From Camelus ferus (Eukaryota), in NCBI RefSeq assembly GCF_009834535.1, contig NC_045715.1:20212001-20276000 (forward strand): DNA of 64,000 nucleotides, written 5' to 3'. Position 1 is the first letter of the stretch; each line of letters begins with the position of its first letter. Both the position numbers and the translations under genes were made by a program. The notes below the pieces were generated by a model. It saw only the letters and a list, made by a program, of their open reading frames with translations. It did not search any database and was not told the DNA's origin. Below, piece by piece: positions 1-26,400 of the stretch.

Positions 1-284
1 CCCTAAACAATCCTCCATCTCCCCTGACTTGACTGCAGGCTCCTTGAGGGCAGGATCTTGTTTTAAGTCTACTTAAATATAACAAAAATAGGGACTCTGA
101 GTATATTAGGAGGCTTCTGAACTCAGTTTTTTCAAGTACATTACTTGGCACATAAATACTAAAATACTTACTGAGCAGATGAAAATTCCTGTCTCATAAG
201 TTGTGCCTCACACCTTAGATAAAGTGCTTAGTAAATTTCTGGCACAGAGTCGAATCCCAAGAAATTCTTAGGCTCAGCCCAAAC

Positions 285-446
285 CAGTGGTTCCCAAACT
301 TTGTTGCACAGTGGAATCATCTGAGGATCTTTAAAGAAAATTTGGTGCCAGACATTGTGATTTAATTGGGCCAGGGTGTAACCTGGCTTCAGAAATTTTA
401 AAGGACCCCCAGGTGGTCTAATATGTAGCAAAGTTTAGGACCTACT
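285..446. mobile_element. MER5-type hAT-Charlie MITE
   Basis: CAGTGGTTCCCAAACTT...CAAAGTTTAGGACCTACT terminal inverted repeats. Confidence 0.6.
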
Positions 447-499
447 AAACAGATGCTTGAATTAAACCTTGTCCGGTAAGCCTCTCTTCTCTTCACCAG

Positions 500-761
500 G
501 ACCTATGATGCCTATTCCACCTTCTACCTGAATTCCAATGGCCTCATTTGTCGCCATCGCCTAGACAAAGTGAGTCCCAGGGCTGGAGAGGGGTGGGGTG
601 ACAGGGTAGAACATCCTACCAACCGGCATTAAGCTTTCTCCCTGCAGCTGATGCCTTCACATTCACCCCCAACGCCTGTGAAGAAGCTGCTAGTGGGAGC
701 CCTGGTGGCTCTGGGGCTGTCGGAGCCAGAACCCAACTTACAACTGTGTTCCAAGGACTGA
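500..761 (+). CDS. C6orf136: C6orf136 orthologue, last two coding exons (gene enters from upstream of the window)
   Basis: Exons 500-569 (TYDAYSTFYLNSNGLICRHRLDK, AG/GT flanks) and 648-761 (LMPSHSPPTPVKKLLVGALVALGLSEPEPNLQLCSKD*). Matches the recalled C6orf136 C-terminus. AATAAA at 927-932. Syntenic next to DHX16. Confidence 0.9.
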
Positions 762-1088
762 CCCAGGAACTGGGGTGGAGGCAGCACTTAAAGAGTTCGT
801 TACGCACAAGAGGAGGAGGTGGAGGCGGCCAAGAACCTCAGGAGCCAGCTTCCCCCACTCTTCTCGCTCCTCCTTTCCTGTCCATCTCATGCTGTGTAAA
901 GCTGCTGTGTAATTTAATTTGTAAATAATAAAATCTAAGTGAATATGTGAGATCGAATTTCCATGTCACTTTCTCTGAATCTCAAAAGTTCCCTGTAGCT
1001 TTATTCCAAAAATATTTTTATTAATAGATATTAAATAATGTACAGAAAGGAAAGGAGCTGGTGTTAGGTTGTTTATGTCCCTTCCCCT

Positions 1089-15000
<13,912 letters not shown>

Positions 15001-17710
15001 CCTACCGAATCTCTCTGTCGTCCCCTGTTGGTCATTCATGGGTGTTTCACTCACTCATTTCATTCAACAAATGCTGAGCACCTAATCCATGCTAAGAACA
15101 GTTTTAGTCCCTGGGGATGTAGCAAAAAACAAATCAGAAACTAATCCCTTTCCGAATTTACAGTGGTTTGGGGAGGAAGGAAGACAAGATGCATAATAAA
15201 TAAAACATGTAAGTTCTATGGAGCCAAAAACAATGAAAAGTGTGTCACTGTGTGTTGGGGGTAGGGGCTCTATTTCAAACTAGATCAAGTCCATGTTTAT
15301 TACAGCTCAGCCTGTGATGATTAGGAGTGACCTTTGCTAAGACTGGTACCTTTCACAGAAGTGAATACAGGTTAGGCTTAAACGAGGACTCCAGGCAGGA
15401 AGAAACTTGGGATCTGGAGGACAAAAAAAATGCCTTCTTGCTGTCTCTGTAAAGTTTTTTTAACAGGTCTCCAAACTAAGGAATGTGCAAACTGAATTCT
15501 GCATTTTTTTGCTAACATATTAAGAAATTCACTGGTGGCTGCTTAATTTTAAATAAGCAGTTTGTTGCTTGACTGCTCTCTGACCTCTGATCTTGCTTTA
15601 CGCTTTTATGTTAATTGGATTTATCCGATACTAATGTTGGGAAACAAAGCATTTATTATTCTAATTAACAGTCACGGGTAGCTCCACATCATTGACTTCT
15701 TGGATGCACTGTTTTCTGTTTCTGAAATGGACTGTGGGCACCCCTGGCACCTCAGAGCTTCCTGCCTCTGCTTTCCTGGGTCATATCTGATTAGGATCTT
15801 TACCTAATTAGCTAATATAAGTATTGTTTCCTTCCACAGCCTCTCTGAAGTGGCTCATTCTCTTGATACCTTGCTCGTTCCTTTGCTAGTTCCCTTGCTA
15901 GTATGCTAAAGACCTTTGATATATGTTTAAGATCAATTTGTATAATACATGATATTTTTAATAAAGGGGAACTCTCCTCTGACTAGATTGAGAAGAGCAT
16001 CTTCTAATAATAGAAGGACTATAAGTATTCAACCATGACCTTACTAGCATGGAGAACTGAAAAAATGAACTGATAAGTAAAATAAAGATCTTCCACGTTT
16101 GTAGAAGATAGAAACGTACTGAAATGGGAAAACCTCTTAATATCAACGATACTTGGGCCACAAAGCCATGAATTTTCGATGGTTCTTAAAACTTTGAGAA
16201 TATAAAACGTATTGTCTAGCAGAGACTTTTTTGGGAAACTGCACTTCTGTACATACACCATATTTTGCAGTAATTTCAGGTTAATTATTTATGGTCCCGA
16301 GTCTTGGAGTAAAAGCCCCTGGATTAGCCAGTGTCACACACTCTCTGGCTGCTTGGATTGTACTAGGCTTCTGAATACCAGAATCCTTCAATTCAGAGTA
16401 TCCTTTGCTTCCAAATTTTTAGCTGCTTTTCAACTATTCACTCATTTATTCAGTCATTCATTCTTGAAATAATACTGTGTGTCTCCTACGTGCCAGGCAT
16501 GGGGATACTGCAGTGAACACAATGGACATAGTCTGTGCTTGTAGTACTACCCGTCTCGTGGATACTTCAACTGCCCTTCCCTCAAACCAGTCCTTCTACT
16601 AGCCCTTTGAGAAACATGGTGCAGGGCTCTCCCAGAGCCCTTGATACATGTCAGTGCTGAGTTCCTGGTTCGTCCCCATCATTTTCCCCTCCCACAGCCA
16701 TGGCCACTTCCTCTTCATGCCCAATAAGAAAATGGGAGAGGCTTGGAATGAGGAACCCAGAGCCCCGCCCCCCCACCCCAACATGCATTTTATCTAAAGA
16801 AGGAGAAGCAGCAGGAGAGTCGGAGAGAGCTCCGTTTTATTATGGAAAGTTAAAAAACAAACAAAAACAAACAAACAAAAAGCACAGGCAATTGAGAAGG
16901 AAGAGGAAATGGGGGAAGAGAGTTGAAGTGCCTCATTTCTCACCCTGCACCCTCGCAATTCAATTCAGTTGTGAACCACTAGGAGGAATAGAATTAAATA
17001 ACTAGAAGGGGTACAGAGTTAAGGTTCCCAGCCTTCCCTCTTGGGGAAAACTGAGACACAGTAATACTGAGCAAAAGTGGAGGAAGCCATACCCCCAGGT
17101 CACTCCCAATGAGGTGAATGCAGGGGACAGGGGAGAGGATTCCACACCAACAGGCAAATAGGCGTAGCTTGTAAACCTGGGACTTTGGCAGGTGGGGCCA
17201 GGAACTCTGGGAACTGGTGGGTTTGTAAACCAGAGTGTGGTCAAGAGAGGAGGCAGGAGCTGTAAACAAAGTGGTAGTGACCTAAAGAGCAGGAAGGAGA
17301 GGTGCCTGAAAATGGAGTAGGGGCCAGGTCTCCCAGGGAGATGGGTGCTTAAATCCTGAGAGCCCCCAGGGGGTGGTGGGGAGTCAGAAAGGCTGTAAGG
17401 AGAGTATACCCTGCCCATGGAGATGGAGGAGGAACTCCATCTCCACCCCCAGTGAGCTCTGTGCTCCTCCCCAGGACTTGATGGAGATCTGGGATCTTGC
17501 ATCACCTGGGATATACCAGCATGTCTGATGAGGGTGGAAACTGAGCAGTTGCCTTTGCCCCCAGAAACAGGATGAGGAAAGCAAGTTGGAGGATGTTGGT
17601 TGCCCTTCCCTGCCAGGCTCATTTTCAGGGTCTGTCTGCTGTGAATCTTCTGGGCTCCAGAATCTTCAGTTCTGAGAAGGAGGGAGGTATATCCTTGTGT
17701 CAGAAAAGGG

Positions 17711-20700
17711 TCACCTCCGGCAGGACTCATCTGTGGAGAGGAGGCAATAAGCATAGAGAGTGAGTGAGGGTCCCAGCCTCCCGCCTCTCCCACCCACTCC
17801 CCAAACTGAAAGCCAGTTGGCATGTAGGAAATCTGATAGCTTCCACATCCTGAGTGCTTGTTACTACCAGGTAACCAGCCATCACTCATTTAGCCTGGAT
17901 GCTGTGCCAGCCATTCTCATAACTTGTTTTATCTTACAGTAATCCCAGGAGAGGTTAAGTGACTGGATGTCCACCCATAGTTCCTACTTGCTTTACAAGA
18001 ATTACTTAACCCTCTCAACAACTGCAGGAGATAGTTGTTATTAACCCCATTTCCCAAATACTCAACTGAGGCCAGAAGTCAAGTGATTTCCCTGAGGTCA
18101 CACCACAAGTAAAAGACAAGATGGAATTGTCAAACTCAGGCCTGTCTGATCCAAACTCTGGGTTCTTAACCATGCTAGAGCGCTCAGAAAGAGTCCTGGT
18201 TTTAAAGTATAGACACCCCATGTGCACTTTGCTTTCCAGGACCTCAGTTTTCCCATCAGTTAAAGGAGCGAGTTGGGATAGAATCCCTTCCAAGCACCAA
18301 CGTTAATCCTCCCCTTCCCTCCTGGACCGCAGTGCCCACTCTGAACATCCAGGGGGCACCTTCGGGCCGGTGGAGCCTGAGCTCACCCACTATCAGGGCC
18401 TTGGTGCGCAGCCCGCCCTGGAGCTCTGGCTGCAGCAGTAGCAGCTCCTCCTCATCCTCTTCGTCGTCGGGTTGGGCCACCGGGGGGCTGGGGGCACTGG
18501 GGGCCTCAGGCTCCGGGCCTAGCTCCTCCAGCACTGAACTCTCGGAGGGGTATTGGTACGTGGTCTCCAGTGCTGTCTCACTGAAGGAGATCTTAAGCTT
18601 AAGGTGGGAGAGAAAATGGGGAGGAGGCAAGGTCAGACTGGAAAAGACTGCAGGGTAACACGTGCAGGATGGGGAGTGGGGACTAGATTTGGGCACTTCG
18701 CTGACTCTGCCCTCCCCAGACAATTCTGGAAGACAGTTTTCCTTTCAGTACCCACACTCCAATCCCAGATTTTCCTTCTTCAATCGTATCATTTCAAAAA
18801 CATTGACTTTGGCCTGAAGCTTTGGCAGGGGCCTGGGTGGCAGAAGTAACACAGGACCAAGGTTCCCACTCATTAGAGTGTGGGAGGCAGAAGGGCAAAA
18901 AGAAATTAAAAGACCTGGAGATAAGTCCTTTGATCAGAACTGAGTCTTTGGGCACCCTGGGAGCCACCAGGATGGATACCCAGAGGAGGTGAGATTTGAG
19001 CTGGCTAGGCAGCAGGAAAGAGCTGGCTGGGGAGGGAGTCCCAGACAAAAGCAAAGACAGGCACCTTGGTTTCCATACCCTCAGCCCCTGGCTGTTCCAG
19101 GAAAATGGGGGACCCTGGACACCAGCCCCTCCCACTCCCCTCACTCCTCTCCTCCAGCTGGAGTAGACCCACAGTTCAGGCTCTTGGGTTTGGGAGGGGA
19201 GAAGAGACCAACAGAAAAGCCCAGAGGAAACGAGACTCTCCCCCAACACACAGGAGATGAGCCCCTGAGTCCCTGAAAGGTGCAGCTGGGGGAGGTGACA
19301 GGGGCAGAGAGGAAAGTCCAGGCAAACATGGGAGGTGGGTGGAGAGTGCACCAGAAGGGACATGTAGACAGAGGCAAACGACCAGAGAGGGATCTGGAGG
19401 GGAAGAAAATACTGTGTCAAGAGCAGGCGAGCCCCAGCTGTTCTCACTACCTTTTTACCCTTCCCCTTTGTCCTCCTAAGAAGCTCAGGGGGAAGGGGCA
19501 GGGTGAGATTAACTCTGGGAGCCAAAGCGATTAAGGAGACAAACAGGAGGATTCCATGTGAACTGCTCAGAAAGGTCCAGGTGATCTACTCAGGCCTTCT
19601 CTGGAGTCTGTCTGGGGAACTGGGGCTGAAGCCCTGCATCCATGAGTCTCTGCATGGGCTGGGGTATGAGGAGAGAGAAGCCAGGACTGTGAAGCCAGGA
19701 CTGTGGCTGGACAAGTGGTTACTAACACCTGGGTCCCCACGGGAAGCCAGAACTCAGAGACTATGTGTCACTCCCTGGGGCCAAACCCTGCACTGGCCCC
19801 CGTCTCACTGGGAGCAAAAGCCAGAGCCTGACCAAGGCCAACAGGGTGCTCCCAATGTGCCTCTCCCCCTCATCTCTTGGGCATCCTCTTCCACTCCAGC
19901 CACACTGACTGATTTCCTCCAGCCCCACCAAGGGCACTCCTACCTCTGGGCCTTTGCACTGGCTGTTCCCTCTGCCTGGGACACTCTTCCCTCAAATATC
20001 CCCACGGCTCCCTCTCTGGATGATGCTATTATAAAGTTGGTATAGTTGCTCCTCCTACCTCCTGGCCCTCTAGGTTCCACTTATACCTGTTCTAATTTTC
20101 CCCCCAATAACCACTGACCATCTTCTAACCTACCAGAGAATTTACTTGTTATCCTTGCCTTTGCTGTCAATAGAAGCATGGAAGTTGCTACAATGGGTAA
20201 GGAAGGGTTCTTGCAGACCACAGATGAGGTCCCAACAGAAGACCAACACTGGGCGGAACCACTGGGGGTGGGGTAGTCCAGCCTGTACACACTCAACCCC
20301 TAGTCTGTGTCTGTGGAACAGCTGTGGTAGCATTGAGTGACAGGAAACTTACCCCTGATATCCCAACTTCTCAAAAGGGACCACTTCTGGTTCTCTTGCA
20401 GACAGATTTACTCAAACTTCTGGGAACCCATTTCTGTTTTCTTTTCATATCCACTTTTGGGATAACAAGCACCCTAGTTTATGGTCCATGCTGGAAAAAG
20501 GTCCATTTCATTTGCTCTCCATCCATGTTTGTTTCTTTCCCCCCATCCTGACCCCTGCTTCTCTCCTCACTACCCCCAGCTTCTGACTGGGCTTCTAAGG
20601 AATGCACAGCCCGCATGGGCGTTGGGGGGGACAGAGTGGGGTGACTCACTCACTCCTCTCTCATCAGCTATATAAGGTCACAAGGGGGCTGGAGAAGGGA

Positions 20701-23700
20701 GGGGCTGGTCTCCCAGCCAGAGGGGCCTCTAGGGACGGGCACCAGCCACGGCCCAACCCCTGGGCTCCAGTGGCAGGGCTGGGATCTCTCCCCCAGTGGC
20801 ACTGATACATTGCATGGAATTAGCCTGCAAAGAGGAGTTTTTAGGGAAGGAGGGGTGGTGTTGGGTGGTGGGTCCTCCTATCCCTGATCCAGTGGGTGGA
20901 GACAGGACATGAAGGTCCCTGATGAGCAGGGTACTGGGAGAGCAGAGCCAGCCTGAGAGGGCTGAGGGGAAGGGGTCTGGTCCTGGAGAAGTCAGTGCTG
21001 CTTCTTCCCCACCCCCACCCTGAGTGGCTGCTTCCTGATTCTCTCACCACATCCTGAGCACAGTTCTGGCAGCCCTATGGCCCCGTGTTCACCACTCAGG
21101 CCCACCAGCCTTCCGGCCCCCACCCCAGGCTTCCTGTTTGGGTGATCTGCTTCCGGCTCCCCTGCTCCCTGACCTAGGTATGGTCAACATCACAGGTTCT
21201 GCCCTGCACTCAGACAGTCCCTGAGCTTTGGGCCCCAGACTTCATGCCTCAGCCTTCTTGTTCCTCTCCAGAGACACAAGCCAACCTCTACAGTAGGAAA
21301 TGACTTTTCTCAACACCCCCCGCTGGCTTTTCCAGACCTACTTCCTTGCATCTGCCCAGCCAGAAGGGGAAGGGGCTTGTAGCAGCCAGAAAGCTCAGGA
21401 GAGACTCAGGGACCATGGCTTGGGGATGGGGGCTTAAGCTTCATGTGAAGATGAATTGGGGAGTCAAGTGATCCCTGAGCTTTGGCCCCTGTGCTTTCCC
21501 ACTGACACTGAAGACACAAAAAACAAATCAGGATGTCACAGGTGGGATGGGAACTGGAAATGAGGAAGAGCTTCCCAGTCTCTGCATTAGATGCAGGAAC
21601 CTCTCTTTCCTTGGAGATATTCAAGCTGAAAACTGGTGTGTGGGGAAGGAGTTTGGCCAGGGTCGGGGGAAGAAGTCGGCCTGGCCATTCCCACTTCCCT
21701 GCATGGCCTCTTTCCAGTTTAACCTCTGACCCTCTGCTGGCCTCAGCCCCCACCCTTGTCCCCCAGCTCCCATTGTACTCCCTGCTATCAGGGCAGTGCC
21801 TCCCAATTCACTTCTCTTTCTTTCTACCCCAAGGGGAGGGAGAGGCCAGAGTGGCAGGAAGAGGGGAAAACCAACTGCTGAGCCAGTTCTGGGGAGGGAG
21901 GGGAAGCCCAGGGAGGAAGGACAGAGAGGNNNNNNNNNNNNNNNNNNNNNNNNNNNNNNNNNNNNNNNNNNNNNNNNNNNNNNNNNNNNNNNNNNNNNNN
22001 NNNNNNNNNNNNNNNNNNNNNNNNNNNNNNNNNNNNNNNNNNNNNNNNNNNNNNNNNNNNNNNNNNNNNCCGTGGGGGCAGACTGGGGGTTCAAAAGCCT
22101 TCTCTCTGCTCTTTGGCCAGCCCTGTTCCACTCCCCTACCCCCTTTATCCTAGGATGTCCCCACTCCACTCTGCTCCCCCCTCCCCCCCCAGTTCCCTGG
22201 GACTGGGAGACATTCCTCCACTCTCTTCTCCCTGCCATTTCTCCCTAGAACCCCAAAGCTATCCCCTGTCCCCTGCCCCAGTCTCCTGTCCAATGTTCTC
22301 TCCCTGTAAGGCTGGAAGTGCTCTCATCCTGAGGACCCTGCCCTCATAGACTCCAGGCTGTGGCCTCAGCTCAGGTCTCCTACCAGATGGGCTGGGTTGG
22401 GTGACAGACTCAGGAATGGAAAGAATGGGGGGCGGGGGTACTCAGAGCCTAAGGGAAGGGAGAGTGAGCAGCCTGGGCACACCCTGAAAGAGACACACCC
22501 AGGACAGTGCTGGATTACGGGGCAGGATCCTTGGGCTTGGAAATGAATGGAAAAGCAGGGCTACAAGAAGGAAGGGTGTGTGTGCAGGGGAGGAAGGGTG
22601 GTGGCAGAAATGACCAAGAAAGAATAGATGGAGACAAGAATACAGGGCTATAAAAAAGAGAGAGAGACAGGCGTTCACGGAGAACTGACGCGTGGGCTTC
22701 TAAGAAGTCTGGCTTGGCTGCTCCCTACCTGTTTGTGGTGCCTTTCAGGGGACCCCTTGACAAGGCAGCTGCGGCTGAGGCGGAGGTAGCCCCCCAGAAC
22801 CAAGATCTCCTCGGCTGTCGGGTACCGCTTCTTCCCAGCCCCGGGGACTGCAGCATCAGCTGTGGCTGGGGTGGCTGGAGTGGCAGGGGCTGCAGGGGGC
22901 ATGGACCGCCGGGGGTTGACCGTGAAGGTGTGTCCGCTGCGGCGGGGGGGCCCCACCCCTGGCCCTGCCTTCACCCCATAGAACAGCCGGCTCATGAGGG
23001 GATCCCCAGGGGACTGGGGGGCAGGTGGGGCTGGGGGTGGGGGAGACAGAGGGGCCGCTGGTGGGGGCCGGAGTTCCACTGCTTCCTCTTCCTGCTGTCT
23101 AGAGCCTCCAGTCCCAGCGTCCTCTGGTGGGAGGGGGAAGGGCACAGAACAGCGGTTCTGCAGAGCGCTCAGAGGCCTGCCCTGAGCCTCCGCCTCCTCC
23201 TTCTCAGCCTCTGCTTCTCCAGCCTCTGTACTGAGAGGCCCCTGGTGCTTCTCGGCAGACTCTGGACGGTCTGATTTCTGAGTCTCTGTGTCCCTGGGTG
23301 TCCATTCCCGAACCTTCCCAGAGTTCAGGGTCCATTTCCACCCTTCTGTCAGCCTCAAGCCCCTCTCGCCATCCTCCTCAGGGCTGGGTCTCTGCTCTTT
23401 TGCTTCCACTCCTCCAGAGCTGCTGTCTGGAGCTTCCCTTGTCAGAGTCTCTGAGGACCCTGTAATCTCTGCTGGGACCATCTTTGGAATTCGCCTCTCT
23501 TCTTTTCTCCCACATTCCTCCGAAGAGTCTTTTCTTTCTTCTCCTGAGCTCAGCCTCCTCTCTGATGCCTCCAGTTGTACCAAACTCTGTTCCTGAGACT
23601 CTCCGGAGTCAGACCACCATTTATGGGCCTCTGTCAGGCCAAACTTCTGGTTGTCAGACTCTGCTGGACTCAGTCTACTTTCCACTACCTCTTTTCTCCT

Positions 23701-24333
23701 GGGGCTTTGTTCCCGAGGCTCTGCCAGTCTCAGACTCCGCTCTTGAGTTTCTCCAGGGCTCAGCCTCCATTTCCGCACCTCTGACAGTCTGGAGCTCCTA
23801 TCTCCAGCCTCTCCTGGGCTTGGCCTCCAGTCTAGAGACTCCAAAGGCCTGGGGCTTGACTCTCGAGCTCCCCCTATCCCCAGCCTCTGATCTCTTGCCT
23901 CCCTGGGACTGAGCCATTCTTCCCTTGACTCTCTTCCCTTGGGGCTCTGATCCCGCATCTCCCCAGGGCTGGGTCTCCGCTCCCGGGCCTCCAAAGGCCC
24001 AGACCGTCTCTCCGCAAGTAGCTCTTCACTCCGCTGCTGCTGCTGCTGGCGCTCCTGCCGAATAAATCGGTTCTGGTGCACTGGTCCAATGGCCTCCAAG
24101 AGGACGGCAGACTCATCTGGGTCTGGAGGTCCAGCCTCTATAGTCCCAGGAGTAGGGCTAGGCTCCCCAGGAGACAGACCAAGCTTGGCGCGGCGGCGCT
24201 CCAGGAGTCCCCGCTTCCAGGCTGGCATCTGGGACAGCCGGTCTCGCTCTGCCTTCTCCCGGCCACGAACGACTGCCTCCTCCTGCCGGCGCCGGGCTAG
24301 CAGCTGTAGCTTCCAGTCCGGGATGGTGGCCAT
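17711..24333 (-). CDS. PPP1R18: Phostensin / PP1 regulatory subunit 18, 611 aa
   Basis: Coding exons 22729-24333 (MATIPDWKLQ...ERHHKQ), 18387-18597 (LKISFSETAL..., PP1-docking KISF) and 17711-17730 (DESCRR*), total 1836 nt. An internal Met at 22995 gives a 165-aa C-terminal product, the size recalled for phostensin-alpha. Minus-strand AATAAA at 16836-16841. Confidence 0.96.
18000..18180 (-). mobile_element. MIR SINE in the last PPP1R18 intron
   Basis: TTAACCCCATTT...AACTGAGGCC..AAGT.AAGTGATTT.CCTGAGGTCACAC core. Confidence 0.6.
21930..22069. other. Assembly gap, 140 N, in a PPP1R18 intron
   Basis: Run of N. Confidence 0.99.
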
Positions 24334-24799
24334 GGTCGCCTTGGGGAGGATGGGGGAGCGCTGGGGGCAGAGAACAGGAAGGAGAGGCTCCAGAGAGGCC
24401 CAGGTGGTGAGAATGGGGGTGGGAGGAAAGGAAGTGGACCGGAGAGATGGGACACAGAGGAGGGCAGAGGAGCTGAGAGTGAGGACAGAGGGAAAGAGGG
24501 AGAAGAGGGAGGGCAGAGAAAGGGGAAAGCTGAGACAGTGAAGAAGAAAGTAAAAGCCAAGTTGATGGGGGTGGGGGTGATTTGAGAGGAAGAATGGAGA
24601 AATTCAGGGCAAAGAGGCAGAGTCAAATTTGTCAGTACAGGTTAATGGGTATCAGAGACAGTCCCGAGGATGTGAGAAGAGAGAAAAACGAAAGAAGTTG
24701 GCGTGAGGGAGAAGAGAGTAAAGAGAAGCTGGGAGTGAGGGGGACAGGGTCCAGGCGACGTTGCCTCACCGCTATTCCAGGAGCGGTAAGAGTGAGAAG

Positions 24800-26400
24800 A
24801 GAGGTCAGGGAATCCCGCCGGAGAGGGGGCAGTGGGACCTGAGGGGGTGTCGGGGAGGTGGGAGGGCGGAGAGTGGAGAGGTCTAGGGGAGAAGGGGCAA
24901 TCAGGGGGCAGAGGGGGGAGGGAGCTCCGCGGCTGCAGCCCCGCGCGTCTCAGCGCGGGCCCAGGAGGTCCGGGCTCCCCTTCCAGCTCCGCTCGGGCCA
25001 CGCCTCTCCGGCCCCCCACCCTCCCCTCCTCCGCCCCGCACTCCGCCCCGAGGCGGGTCAGGGGAAATATCCTCCTCCGGGGACTTTCGGAACCCGGGCG
25101 TCTGAGCTGCCAGCACGTTCCCAGAACCCTGGCGTCCACCCCCACCCGGTCCCGTCACCACCGCCTGCCTCCCCCAGCTGTGCCCCGGGATCCAGGCGTG
25201 CGCCCCAGGCGTGCGGAGAACCCGCTCCACGCCTGTTTTCTCCGGAGCTGGCCAGTCCCGGGCCCAGGTCTCGGCTCTCCTGGAACCCTGACATAGCCGG
25301 CCATTCCCACCCTGCTCTGACCACACAGACAAGCAATCTCGGCACAAAGAGGAGACAGCCCAAGGTCCGGGCTGGGGACGGGAGAGGGTATGGGAGAGGA
25401 GACACCCCCTTTCCAGGTCTGAAGCCCCTCAGTCAACTCACATGCCGCGGGGCTCCCAGGGGAGGGGGTGCGGAGGAGCCTGGCGTCCGGAGAGAGGAGG
25501 AGAGAGGAAGAGGAGGAGAGAGGGATCGAGGGAGATCCGGAGACAGGAGGGAGGGGAGGAGGGAGGGAGAGGAGGAGGGAAAGAGGGAGCTGAGGAGGAG
25601 GGACAGAGGCAGAGACCTGGGGGCCGGGCAGGGGGCGGCGACCGCTTTGTCTGAGGACAATGGGGAGAGGGATGGGGGCGCGGGGCGGAGCCGGACGAGG
25701 GGGCGGAGCCTCGCTCCCTCCTAGCCCGCGTGGGACTCAGCGCCGGCACTCCTCTTTTCCCGCCGCTACCGGTAGCTCTCAGCTATCTGTCCCCAGGGCC
25801 TCTCACCCAGCTCCCGCCCAGTAGCCCTGGATAACCCAGGTGTCCAGACCCCCGCCCCCAGCTCGCTGACCCAGGGCGGCGGCCTGTGACTCAGGCCCCT
25901 CGAGGGACTTGGGGAGGAAGCAGCAGCTGCTCCAAGCCAGACCCGCCCTTCCCATCTCCTGCCGCTCCTCCCCCACGCTTTTGCCTCCCCGGCCAGTCTT
26001 TGTTACTGTAGGGGGCCTGGGCAGCCGCCGGGCTGTAGGGGGCCCTTGGGAAGGGGGCGGCGGCAGGAGCGGCGCTCGTAAGCCAGCGGCTTCGGAAGCT
26101 CGCTCCCTTACCCTAGCCGCTGCCCCACTCTTCAGCTTCAATATGTCTCCCGTGGGTTCCCAGGTCTGCAGCCGGGAAATTGGGGGATTTGGAGGAAGAG
26201 GGGCTGGACGCTACGGGAAGGTGGGAGTGGGTCCGCGGGGAGTGGCCGCCGCCCAGCGGTCGCCAGAGGGCGCGGCGGATGCCCAGACTCGAGTTTGGCT
26301 CGCCTGTCCTTCCGATCAGCCCCGCAGCTTGAAAGACACCGACAGACTGCATGCCATAAGTAGAAAAAACAGGCTGAATTTTATTTTCCTGTAGCGCGTG
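24800..26400 (-). promoter_or_regulatory. PPP1R18 CpG-island promoter with a probable non-coding first exon
   Basis: CpG-dense. Minus-strand donor CAT/GTGAGT at 25442/25441. Acceptor TCTGCCCCCAG at 24361 opens the ATG-containing exon. Long polypurine tract 25480-25620. Confidence 0.65.

Noticed and set aside
18794-19525. 243-aa minus-strand ORF in a PPP1R18 intron
   Set aside because: No recognisable homology, no convincing exon boundaries, and pyrimidine-rich composition explains the lack of stops.
21930-22069. Hidden exon in the PPP1R18 intronic N gap
   Set aside because: The PPP1R18 CDS is complete and in phase without it, and the gap content cannot be seen.
24858-25724. 288-aa plus-strand ORF and neighbours
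   Set aside because: Low-complexity G/R/P-rich frames from the PPP1R18 CpG island and purine tract, where stops are rare.
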